Source of the DNA: Methylophaga frappieri
GTDB lineage: Bacteria; Pseudomonadota; Gammaproteobacteria; Nitrosococcales; Methylophagaceae
DNA length: 32,000 nt
Assembly (NCBI RefSeq): GCF_000260965.1
Contig: NC_017858.1
Coordinates: 15,826-47,825, forward strand
Direction of reading: 5' to 3'
Shown in pieces: positions 1-7,563 of the stretch (positions within the stretch are counted from its first letter, which is position 1; each line of letters begins with the position of its first letter). The translations under genes and the position numbers were made by a program. The notes beneath the pieces were generated by a model. That model saw only the letters and a list, made by a program, of their open reading frames with translations, had not been told where the DNA came from and searched no databases.

Positions 1-120
1 GGGGCAACAATGATCCCGGTAATAAATTTTCTGATTATTCCAGTCGCCGTGGCTGGTGCAACGGCCTTGTATGTTGCTCGTTTGCAAAATATGACCAAAA
101 TACCAACAAAGGTAGTTTAG
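1..120 (+). CDS. 3' end of an unidentified, probably membrane, protein gene (partial at window edge)
   Basis: Frame 1 is open from base 1 to TAG at 118-120. The tail ...MIPVINFLIIPVAVAGATALYVARLQNMTKIPTKVV is hydrophobic. Composition is AT-rich like the neighbouring genes. No start in window and no family recognised. Confidence 0.3.
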   Translation, partial: GATMIPVINFLIIPVAVAGATALYVARLQNMTKIPTKVV

Positions 121-359
121 CGACTATATTTATCAGAATTAAATGTTGGGGGTACGGCTAGGCAACAGTTATTAGTCGTTTTATAGCACCCTATCTTCTT
201 GAGCATCAGTTGATGCTAATACAAATGATGCAAGATTAAACTATAAGTGATCAATCTGTTCACCGTACTTACACGAAATAAACTTTCCCTTTAAAACCTT
301 TTAAGTTGCAAAATTCGCACACTGTATGATTATTACCACAATTAACGATTGCGCTTCTA

Positions 360-378
360 AATAAGAAGCATTATTATT
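360..378. promoter_or_regulatory. Candidate Fur box upstream of the TonB-dependent receptor gene
   Basis: aataagaagcattattatt matches 12 of 19 positions of the Fur consensus GATAATGATAATCATTATC by eye. It lies about 58 nt upstream of the ATG at 436. A weaker second candidate is at about 323-341 (tgtatgattattaccacaa). Confidence 0.35.
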
Positions 379-435
379 ACTAAATTCAACAGCAGCAACT
401 AAAATTTCAAGTTAGTGAATTTACAAGGATTAGAG

Positions 436-2484
436 ATGAGATTAAAACCACTGTATGTCATGCACGCATTAGCTATTGCAAGTTATTCAATGTCTGCAAG
501 CGCTGAGACACAAACTGACACTCAATTTAAAATGCCTGCAATACAAGTCGTGGGTTCTGAAGCCGGTAACATTTCACGTCAAACCGGCGCAGTGGTGATA
601 ATAGACCGAGAAGAAATAGAACGTATTCAGCCGACATCAACCGAAGATGTTTTGCGTCGCGTCCCAGGTATTAACGTTAAAACTGAAGAAGAGTCGGCTG
701 TAGTTAGTAATGTTGGAATTCGCGGTCTCTCAGCAAGTGAATCAAAATCTTTAATTTTGGAAGATGGGGTTCCTGTCGCTCCAGGTTTATTTATTGGTAA
801 CGAACGTTACTTCAATCCACGTATTCAGCGTATGGAGAGTATTGAAATTCTGAAAGGATCCTCTTCTTTGCGTTACGGGCCTTCCACTATCGGCGGTGTA
901 ATCAACTACCAGACGAAAACCCCTGATGATGGTGTGCATATTTCTACACGTTTTGGTTCTTTTAATACCCGTGAGGCAACTTTAGAAGCCGGTGGTCGTA
1001 CAGAATCTGGCGATAGTTTTGCAGGCATAGTTGCCACAAGAGCTCTAAGCGATGGATTTATGGATAAAGATTACCGCATGAGTGACGTGATGATTAAAGC
1101 GGGTACAAAATTAAACGAAGATCATAGCCTTGGTGTGAAGTATTCATACTATCAAAATGAAGCTAATATCTCTTACCGTGGGATGTTCTTGGATGATTAC
1201 AAAGCAGGTAGAACATACAACCCTGCACCAGATGATTATTTTTTAACTGATCGCAGAGCTGTTGATGTCAACCATGAATGGCATTTGAATAATAACGCTA
1301 CATTGACAACATTGGCTTATTGGAGTGAAGTTTCTCGGGACTATTGGCGGTATAACGTCGATACCCCTGCTTCAAATAATGCTGGGCGTTGGATTTACAC
1401 TGATAACCTGACGGGTAACAACCGTAGCTTTGAACGATATGGTGTAGAAACCCGTTTGGCACTTGATCACAACATGTTCGGTTTAAACAATGAAGCTGAG
1501 TTTGGCATACGTTGGATGACTGAAGAATCAGATGATAGACGTATCAGGGCCACGCGTGAGCAGGATCGTACGGGTATTAATGACAGGCATAGGGAAGATA
1601 GCGCTGATAGCTTAGCTGCGTACGTTACCAACCGTTTCGAAATTACAGAACGCTTTGCTGTGACGCCGGGCCTTCGCGTTGAATCATATACACAGAAACG
1701 CAAAGTTTTAACACAAAACAATGAATCAGAAAGCACTTCAAATACTGAAGTATTGCCAGGTATTGGTGCCACCTATCAATTGGTCCCTCAAGCACAGTTA
1801 TATGGTGGTGTTTATCGCGCATTTTCACCTGCCTCAAATGGTGTAGCGCTCGACGGTCTGCAAGATCAAAATTTAGATGGCGAACGTTCAGTAAACTATG
1901 AATTAGGGGTACGAGGTGGCACCGGACCTATGACATATGAACTTACCGGTTTTTATATGGACTTTGATAATCAGGTTGTTACGGGAAACTCAGATCCTAA
2001 CTTGTCGCAATCAAACGCTGGAGAGACAAAACATTACGGCTTGGAAGCTGCAATGGGTTATGAATTAGGTGGTGGTTTCAGTGTCGATGCAAATCTGACC
2101 TGGGTGCCATACTCTAGATTCGAAACGGGCGAAAATAGTGGAAATCGTTTGCCATATGCACCTAAATTCCTAGCAAACGTAGCTTTAAACTACACCCAAG
2201 GTAAATTCTCAAGTTCATTAACTGCTCACCACCGTGGTGAGCAATATGGTGATCCAACTAATTTAGAGGATATTCCAAGTGATGCTGCAGGTGGTATCTG
2301 GGGTGGTGAAATGCCGTCTTACACGGTATACGATCTTTTTGCGCAGTATCAAGTTAGTGAGCAATTTCGTGTACGCGGTGCTGTAAAAAACCTGTCTGAT
2401 AAGCTTTACATCACCGGTTTACGCCAAGGTATTTATGTTGGCCCAGAACGTTCTTTCGAAGTTGGATTTGATTACAGTTTCTAA
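436..2484 (+). CDS. TonB-dependent outer-membrane receptor (siderophore/iron-complex type)
   Basis: The ORF runs 415-2484. I prefer the ATG at 436 (AAGGA about 10 nt upstream), which gives signal peptide MRLKPLYVMHALAIASYSMSASA/ETQ. A plug-domain pattern is present (IQVVGS..., RVPGINV, IRGL, ILEDGVP, IEILKGSSSLRYG). The C-terminal beta-barrel ends in ...SFEVGFDYSF, with the terminal aromatic residue typical of TBDTs. Confidence 0.9.
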   Translation: MRLKPLYVMHALAIASYSMSASAETQTDTQFKMPAIQVVGSEAGNISRQTGAVVIIDREEIERIQPTSTEDVLRRVPGINVKTEEESAVVSNVGIRGLSASESKSLILEDGVPVAPGLFIGNERYFNPRIQRMESIEILKGSSSLRYGPSTIGGVINYQTKTPDDGVHISTRFGSFNTREATLEAGGRTESGDSFAGIVATRALSDGFMDKDYRMSDVMIKAGTKLNEDHSLGVKYSYYQNEANISYRGMFLDDYKAGRTYNPAPDDYFLTDRRAVDVNHEWHLNNNATLTTLAYWSEVSRDYWRYNVDTPASNNAGRWIYTDNLTGNNRSFERYGVETRLALDHNMFGLNNEAEFGIRWMTEESDDRRIRATREQDRTGINDRHREDSADSLAAYVTNRFEITERFAVTPGLRVESYTQKRKVLTQNNESESTSNTEVLPGIGATYQLVPQAQLYGGVYRAFSPASNGVALDGLQDQNLDGERSVNYELGVRGGTGPMTYELTGFYMDFDNQVVTGNSDPNLSQSNAGETKHYGLEAAMGYELGGGFSVDANLTWVPYSRFETGENSGNRLPYAPKFLANVALNYTQGKFSSSLTAHHRGEQYGDPTNLEDIPSDAAGGIWGGEMPSYTVYDLFAQYQVSEQFRVRGAVKNLSDKLYITGLRQGIYVGPERSFEVGFDYSF

Positions 2485-2497
2485 TCCTAAAATAAAT

Positions 2498-2524
2498 GGG
2501 GTGCAGCACACATTGCCGCACCCC
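2498..2524. terminator. Bidirectional hairpin terminator between the convergent receptor and bfd genes
   Basis: ggggtgc(agc)-acacatt-(gcc)gcacccc forms a 7-10 bp GC stem. A/T-rich runs lie on both sides. It sits between the stop at 2482-2484 and the stop at 2546-2548. Confidence 0.6.
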
Positions 2525-2545
2525 AACTTTATATATCGGTTTCTT

Positions 2546-2749
2546 CTATTTAAGAACTAATTCATCAAGCAAGTTCTCAATATCATATTCACAGGAACCA
2601 CAGCCTGAAATTGCGCCAGTTTTTCGTGAGATAGTATCGGTATCGACGATACCCTGCTCGACCAGGCTGATGATCTTCCCACGGGTTGTTCCGCTGCAAT
2701 CACAGATCACTTCATCAGTTCTGTCTGAGGCGTTATTGTTGTTACTCAT
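2546..2749 (-). CDS. bfd: BFD-like [2Fe-2S]-binding protein (bacterioferritin-associated ferredoxin)
   Basis: 67 aa with the Bfd cysteine pattern C-x-C ... C-x2-C (ICDCSGTT ... GCGSCEYD) and typical size. A candidate Fur box lies just upstream. Confidence 0.8.
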   Translation of the reverse strand: MSNNNNASDRTDEVICDCSGTTRGKIISLVEQGIVDTDTISRKTGAISGCGSCEYDIENLLDELVLK

Positions 2750-2764
2750 GCAAGTTAGCTACCT

Positions 2765-2783
2765 GACAATAATAATTTTCAAA
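2765..2783. promoter_or_regulatory. Candidate Fur box in the bfd promoter region
   Basis: gacaataataattttcaaa matches 12 of 19 positions of GATAATGATAATCATTATC. It lies 16-34 nt upstream of the bfd ATG (2749). Confidence 0.4.
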
Positions 2784-2821
2784 ACAATTTTTCAGTTTGG
2801 TTTAGCATATTAAATAACCTA

Positions 2822-3030
2822 GGGCTTGTTGATCTTTCATATCCACCACAGCTGGCGGCTATTTTTGTGTCCGACAAGGCGGAAAGCACGCAGTGTAGCC
2901 ATCCTAGATAAGTAATTGACAACACAGGCGGTCGCAAAAATAGTCCCTGCCCTTCGGGTTGTGACTGAAAAAGCGCCACTTATGTCCACGGATGGACTGT
3001 ATGCCGGCGCGCCAGGGAGGTGCGCGTCGG
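2822..3030. other. Junction segment between AT-rich iron-gene DNA and the GC-rich IncP-type backbone; origin unknown
   Basis: Composition changes visibly at about 2822 (cctagggcttg...). No convincing ORF is present. The segment contains TTGACA (2916-2921) and related internal motifs gacaaggcgg (2872-2881) and acacaggcgg (2921-2930). The trbL-homologous reading frame only becomes recognisable at about 3030. Confidence 0.5.
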
Positions 3031-4347
3031 TCTGCGTTGCTCGTCGCTGGCTGGGTGCTCGCTTACGGCGGGGTTTTCTTCCTGGGGTTTGGCGGTTCGC
3101 GCTGGACCTCTGACATGGCAATCAACTACTACAAAACCGTGCTCGGGGTTGCTGCTCAACTCATGGCAATGGTGCTGTTGATTGGCATCGGTAAGACCTT
3201 CCTGGATGACTATTACAACCAAATGAGCGAGGGCATCAGCCTGAAAGAAATGGGCGTAATGCTCATTGTCGCGGTGATCCTTCTCGTTCTCGTGACCAAA
3301 GTTCCTCAGATGCTCGCGGGCGTCATTACCGGCGCTAGTGTGGGCGGTGCTGGCATTGGTTCTTTCGGTGCAGGCGCGGCGCTTGGCGCGGCAGGCATGG
3401 CAGCAGCAGCGGCAGCCACTGGCGGCGCAGCGATGGCAGCAGGCGCGTCCAACATGGCAGGCGGAGCACAAGCCCTAATGGCCGCATTCAGCAAAGCCAA
3501 TGAGAACGTGGCAAACGGTAGCGACATTATGTCTGCGTTCACAGGCGGCGGTGGTGACGGCGGTGGCGGCGGTGGCGGTGGCGGTATGCCCGCCGAAGAA
3601 AGCACAGGTGATACCCCGTTCGCTCAAGCGGCTGGCTTTGGGGGCGGTGAATCTTCTGGCGGTGCCCAAGCCTCTAGTGGTGGCGAATCATCCAGCGGCG
3701 GCGAGTCCTCTAGCTCTAGCAGTAGTGACCAGGGAAGCACGGAAACAGCCAGTGCAGACACTGGATCAGCGGACAGCCAAAGCTCAAGCGAAGGGCAGGG
3801 CGATAGCTCTTCTGGTGCTCAGGCAGCAACAGCAGCAGCGGCAACCGGCGGCTTTATGGCCGGAGCCACGAAAGCGGGCAGGGTAGCAGCCGATACCGGC
3901 GCGAACCTGGCAAAAGGAACCGGGGCGGTTGCCAAGGCCAAGGCTGGACAAATGAAGGCCAAAGCCATGCAGCGCATCGGTGATACAACAGGCGGCAAAA
4001 TTGCTGCCGCGATCAAAGGCCAAGGTCAAGGTCAAGGAGGTGGTGACACAGGAAATGCAGGTGATAGCGGCTCGTCAGAATCTGGAGCCTCTGACAGCTC
4101 CCCGTCGTTCGGCAGCGATAGCTTGAGCGGTGGCAACGGCGGCGGCTGGGTAAACCAAACAGGCGGCTTTGATGCTCTGTCCAGCGAGGACCAGGACAAG
4201 GCCCGCCAATCACACGCTGAGTGGCAAGCACGCGACCCGGAAAAGCACACCTTCGACGTTGGGGACTACGTTTCGTATGCCCAGGAACGCCAGCAGGAAC
4301 GCAATGAAGAGGTTGCCAGCTTTGTCAATAAAGGCCGTTCGGCCTAA
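2992..4347 (+). pseudogene. trbL: 5'-truncated trbL (VirB6-family Mpf inner-membrane protein)
   Basis: The translation from ...LLVAGWVLAYGGVFFLGFGGSRWTSDMAINYYKTVLGVAAQL... onward follows the middle and C-terminal part of IncP TrbL, including the Gly/Ser/Ala-rich tail. The frame is closed upstream by TGA at 2962-2964. The N-terminal part of the protein, including signal and first TM segments, is missing, and there are no trbA-trbK genes upstream. Confidence 0.8.
3544..4150 (+). repeat. Low-complexity GGY/AGC/GCN codon-repeat region encoding the Gly/Ser/Ala-rich TrbL tail
   Basis: There are runs such as ggcggcggtggtgacggcggtggcggcggtggcggtggcggt (GGGGDGGGGGGGGG), SSGGESSSGGESSSSSSS and caaggtcaaggtcaagga (QGQGQG). 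This region creates spurious antisense ORFs, including a poly-Pro ORF at 3306-3605. Confidence 0.7.
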
Positions 4348-4366
4348 CTAGATAGGAGTAATTGAA

Positions 4367-4846
4367 ATGAAACCATTTTTCGTTGCCCTTAGCCTGTTTG
4401 CAGCCGCATTTGCGTTTACTGCACCGGCTCAAGCGGCCTCTCAAGATGAATGTGCAATTTGGATCTGCCTGCCAGGTGGTTTCCCTTCTGGCTGCGGTGC
4501 GGCCAAGTCAGCAATGCGTGACCGCATCAAAGACATGAAATCCCCGCTCCCCAGCTTCTCGTCCTGCGCGGTTAACCCGCCGAATGGTAGTGGCAGTCAC
4601 ATGACTTCCGATCATGGGTTTGCTGCGTTTATTCCTGCTCACCGGGTGTGTAGCCAGTACCGCTACCGCCGCGATGACCGGGAATGTGTCGCCTGGGAAA
4701 CAGTGCCCGATCGTTACGTGAAGAACACTCGTTGTCGCACTGACCGCGACGGCAACCGCACGCCGCGCGGCTGCACCAGGACGTACCGTTGGGCGGAAGT
4801 GTTCGTTGAAGGGCAGCTTGCAGGCCCAACCTACTACTGGAACTAA
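4367..4846 (+). CDS. trbM: TrbM-like conjugal transfer protein (exported, Cys-rich)
   Basis: Signal peptide MKPFFVALSLFAAAFAFTAPAQA followed by the conserved-looking CAIWICLPGGFPSGC motif. Position is directly after trbL, as in IncP Tra2. Confidence 0.75.
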   Translation: MKPFFVALSLFAAAFAFTAPAQAASQDECAIWICLPGGFPSGCGAAKSAMRDRIKDMKSPLPSFSSCAVNPPNGSGSHMTSDHGFAAFIPAHRVCSQYRYRRDDRECVAWETVPDRYVKNTRCRTDRDGNRTPRGCTRTYRWAEVFVEGQLAGPTYYWN

Positions 4847-4856
4847 GGGGGTCGTC

Positions 4857-5489
4857 ATGCTGCCGTTCATTGCTGATATGCCACCCCTGGAACAAGAGCG
4901 CGTTGTGTGCTCGATCTCGGCTGCCGTGAAATATGAAGTGCCCGCCAATATTGTGCTGGCCGTAGCCGAGAAAGAAGGCGGTAGGCCGGGCCAGCGGGTG
5001 CGTAACTCGAACGGTACGCATGACGTTGGACCTATGCAGTTCAACACTGCATACCTGGGCGACCTGGAGAAATACGGCATTACTGCGGACGATGTGGCAG
5101 CCTCTGGTTGCTACTCGTTCGACCTCGCCGCCTGGAGACTGCGCGGGCATATCCTGCACGACTCCGGGGACATTTGGACCAGGGCCGCCAACTACCATTC
5201 CCGCACACCGAAATATAACGCGATCTACCGCACCGACTTGATGCAGAAAGCCGTCAAGTGGGCCGACTGGCTTGATGAACATTTTTCGACTGTCAACGTG
5301 ACCGCCCAAGGTGGTGCCACTCCTGGCGATGGGACTGCTATGCAGCAAGTCATCCAGGAAGCGGCCAGAATCGAGGCTGACAGCTCTATTGAACAGTCTG
5401 GACGCCAAGGGCAGGGGAGTTACAGCCCAAGCCAGCAAAGCGGCTATGTGCCGCGCACGATCACGTTTAGTGCGGGGGCAGGGCAATGA
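4857..5489 (+). CDS. trbN: TrbN, lytic transglycosylase (SLT domain)
   Basis: The ORF runs 4806-5489. I prefer the ATG at 4857 (GGGGG RBS, just after the trbM stop). SLT motifs are present: AVAEKEGG (catalytic Glu), DVGPMQFN, and AANYHS. Confidence 0.8.
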   Translation: MLPFIADMPPLEQERVVCSISAAVKYEVPANIVLAVAEKEGGRPGQRVRNSNGTHDVGPMQFNTAYLGDLEKYGITADDVAASGCYSFDLAAWRLRGHILHDSGDIWTRAANYHSRTPKYNAIYRTDLMQKAVKWADWLDEHFSTVNVTAQGGATPGDGTAMQQVIQEAARIEADSSIEQSGRQGQGSYSPSQQSGYVPRTITFSAGAGQ

Positions 5490-6214
5490 CCGATAGCGCT
5501 GCCTCTCTGAAATCCGTCTGGACCATGCCCCGCCTGGTCGTTGCCGATGGCACTGTGGAAGGCTTGAAGTGGCTGGGCCTGCTGCTCATGACCGGGGATC
5601 ACGTCAACAAGTACCTTTTCAATGGCACATTGCCCTTTCTGTTTGAGGCTGGCCGCCTGGCAATGCCGATCTTCGTCTTTGTCCTGGCGTACAACCTGGC
5701 CCGCCCGGGCCAACTCGAAAGGGGAGTGTACCAACGGACAATGAAGCGACTCGCCGCTTTCGGCGCCTTAGCTTCAATCCCGTTCATTGCCCTGGGCGGT
5801 CTATACGCTGGATGGTGGCCGCTCAATATCCTTTTCACGCTCCTGGCCCTGACGGCCACGGCGTACCTGATCGAGCGGGGCAGCATCGTATGGGCCGCCC
5901 TGGTGCTCATGAGCGCCGGGGCAATGGTCGAATATTGGTGGTCTGCGCTCCTGTTCGGTTTGGCCGTGTGGTCATACGCCAGAAAGCCGACCTTGGCGGC
6001 GGCAGGGGTTGCAGTTATCGCCTGCGCTGCCCTGGGTTTCATCAACGGCAACATGTGGGCACTGGCAGTGCTTCCGGTGTTGCTTGCGGCAACCTGTTTT
6101 GATTTGAGAATGCCCCGGCTCCGCTGGGCATTCTACGCCTATTATCCGTTACACCTCGGCGCTCTGTGGCTTATTCGCATTCCAATGAGCCATGCCGGAT
6201 ACCTGTTTTTTTGA
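5486..6214 (+). CDS. trbP: TraX-family polytopic membrane protein (TrbP position)
   Basis: The ATGA overlap with the trbN stop suggests translational coupling. The protein has multiple hydrophobic helices. The last trb gene of IncP-1 is TraX-like. Confidence 0.65.
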   Translation: MTDSAASLKSVWTMPRLVVADGTVEGLKWLGLLLMTGDHVNKYLFNGTLPFLFEAGRLAMPIFVFVLAYNLARPGQLERGVYQRTMKRLAAFGALASIPFIALGGLYAGWWPLNILFTLLALTATAYLIERGSIVWAALVLMSAGAMVEYWWSALLFGLAVWSYARKPTLAAAGVAVIACAALGFINGNMWALAVLPVLLAATCFDLRMPRLRWAFYAYYPLHLGALWLIRIPMSHAGYLFF

Positions 6215-6227
6215 TTTGGAGTCATTC

Positions 6228-6653
6228 ATGCGTAAGTCACTTTGCACACTTCTAACTATTGGCTGTTTGGCCTTCACTGGCTCGGCGCTGGCCGCTTCTA
6301 ACGACTACCGCGAACCAGTATCAAGCACTGTCTCAGTTTCCTTTTCTGACAGCAGCTCGACTTTCCGGCCAGGCCCAACTAATGCCGTTCTTCTGGAAGC
6401 GGCCAGGGACGCATCACTGGTCACTATCAATGGCCGCACAAGCACTACCCGCCCAAGCAAAAGGGATGAAAGGCTGGCTTTGGCTCGCGCTGTTTCTGCC
6501 CGTGATTACCTGGTTGCTCAAGGCGTTTCGCCGCTCAAGATAATGATCAACTACGTATCTGCGGCTGACTTCGTGGCCGACAATGGAACGCCAGAAGGGC
6601 GGTATTTAAACCAACGTGTAGATATTCAAATGATCTACGTTCCAATGTACTGA
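6228..6653 (+). CDS. OmpA-C-like domain lipoprotein or exported protein (IncP upf30.5 position)
   Basis: I prefer the ATG at 6228 (GGAG RBS). Signal peptide is MRKSLCTLLTIGCLAFTGSALA. The C-terminal part reads ...NLALARAVSARDYLVAQGVSP....NQRVDI, resembling an OmpA/MotB peptidoglycan-binding fold. Confidence 0.6.
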   Translation: MRKSLCTLLTIGCLAFTGSALAASNDYREPVSSTVSVSFSDSSSTFRPGPTNAVLLEAARDASLVTINGRTSTTRPSKRDERLALARAVSARDYLVAQGVSPLKIMINYVSAADFVADNGTPEGRYLNQRVDIQMIYVPMY

Positions 6654-6671
6654 AAATAAGGATTGAACATC

Positions 6672-6941
6672 ATGGCAGGACTTAATCAGACCAAAGAATT
6701 GCTTTCCATTGTTAGCAACCAAAAAAGCGGGGTTATTCCCGGCTGGATGGCAAAAGATGCTTCTAAAAAACTCGATGGCGACCAGCCTAATACTGAACGT
6801 GCCGAGGCCATTATTAAGAAGCTGAACGAAAGCGAAAACCACCCGGCTTTAGCCGCTAAAGTCCGGGAAGCTGAAAAAGAGCTTTCCCAACACAAGAAGC
6901 TGAACCAAGACAAACCGCAAAAACGCGGTATGCGAATGTAG
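6672..6941 (+). CDS. Hypothetical small helical, Lys-rich protein
   Basis: The track ORF runs 6663-6941 with a TTG start. I prefer the ATG at 6672, with AAGGA 9 nt upstream. GC content is lower than the backbone. It contains a perfect KorB operator in-frame (ALAAKV). No family recognised. Confidence 0.5.
   Translation: MAGLNQTKELLSIVSNQKSGVIPGWMAKDASKKLDGDQPNTERAEAIIKKLNESENHPALAAKVREAEKELSQHKKLNQDKPQKRGMRM
6848..6860. promoter_or_regulatory. KorB operator (OB), perfect 13-bp palindrome, intragenic
   Basis: TTTAGCCGCTAAA matches the IncP-1 OB consensus TTTAGC(G/C)GCTAAA exactly. Confidence 0.85.
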
Positions 6942-6948
6942 AACACCA

Positions 6949-6982
6949 GGGAGTCAGGGAGTAGGGGCGGGAGTAGGGGCGG
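6949..6982 (+). repeat. G-rich tandem repeat with a G-quadruplex-type motif
   Basis: The sequence is gggagtca gggagtaggggc gggagtaggggc gg. The 12-bp unit gggagtaggggc occurs twice, plus a partial copy. Five tracts of at least three G (6949-51, 6957-59, 6964-67, 6969-71, 6976-79) are separated by 1-5 nt. It sits between the stop at 6939-41 and the ATG at 6985. Confidence 0.8.
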
Positions 6983-6984
6983 AT

Positions 6985-7563
6985 ATGAAGATACCCAAGC
7001 CAGCATTTAAGGAAAGAAAAATGACAGAAACGATAACATCGAATGTTCACCGGATTAAGTTCAATTCCAGGCAAGAGTTTGCTGAGTTTGCCACGAGGGA
7101 TGAAACGCCGCGATACAGCGTTATTTGCTCTAGCTTTTACCGGAAGCATCACTTGGTACTTGGAATTGCGCCTGGTGAAGCTCTTTTCTCAAACAACCAG
7201 ACGGCTCTAAATAAAGTGGCTATTGCCTGGGATCGCAACCAGGTGAAGGTTTCACTTGTACCAACCGACCGCGACCCTATTTATTGTGTTCCGTCCGATT
7301 GGCCAGATCATACTTGGCTTGTTACTGCCACCGCAGATTTTCCAGATGATCTTATTGAGCCAGTTTTTGCTATAGATGGGCCTTTATTGTCCGCATCGCA
7401 AGAGAAAGCGGAAGAAATGGCTCTTGAACAACTCTGCAACCAGGACGAACACCCGTTACTTTTTATAGACAAGCAGGACGATATCGACAAAGAATTTTTG
7501 TCCGAAATTCTGGACGATGATGCAGAAAAATCCCCTTGGGAGTTTAACGGACAAAGCGCATGA
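6985..7563 (+). CDS. Hypothetical protein with a strongly acidic C-terminal third
   Basis: 192-aa ORF. An alternative start at ATG 7021 has a better RBS (AAGGAAAG). The stop overlaps the next gene start (GCATGA at 7558-7563). The C-terminus reads ...DKQDDIDKEFLSEILDDDAEKSPWEF. No family recognised. Confidence 0.55.
   Translation: MKIPKPAFKERKMTETITSNVHRIKFNSRQEFAEFATRDETPRYSVICSSFYRKHHLVLGIAPGEALFSNNQTALNKVAIAWDRNQVKVSLVPTDRDPIYCVPSDWPDHTWLVTATADFPDDLIEPVFAIDGPLLSASQEKAEEMALEQLCNQDEHPLLFIDKQDDIDKEFLSEILDDDAEKSPWEFNGQSA

Noticed and set aside
2496-2813. 105-aa plus-strand ORF overlapping bfd
   Set aside because: It starts inside the terminator hairpin and is antisense to the bfd-like gene, which has the diagnostic Cys pattern.
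2860-2960. Possible IS6-family (GGC..TGTTGCAAA) or Tn3/Tn21-type (..AAAGCACGC..) terminal inverted repeat at the junction
   Set aside because: Only short partial matches exist (ggcggtcgcaaaaatagt and ggaaagcacgc). Lengths and flanking bases do not align with the IRs I remember, and no partner IR or transposase is present in the window.
2980-3471. 163-aa Cys/His-rich minus-strand ORF across the junction and trbL
   Set aside because: It is antisense to the recognisable TrbL frame in GC-rich DNA. Its composition is typical of wrong-frame translation, and it has no start context.
3306-3605. 99-aa minus-strand ORF with a poly-proline run (PPPPPPPPPPSPPPP)
   Set aside because: It is the reverse complement of the GGY-codon Gly run of TrbL. 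It is a low-complexity artefact with no RBS and lies inside a well-supported gene.
4629-5486. 285-aa minus-strand ORF opposite trbM/trbN
   Set aside because: Long antisense ORFs are expected in GC-rich coding DNA. The plus-strand genes have clear family motifs (SLT domain, signal peptide), and this ORF has none.
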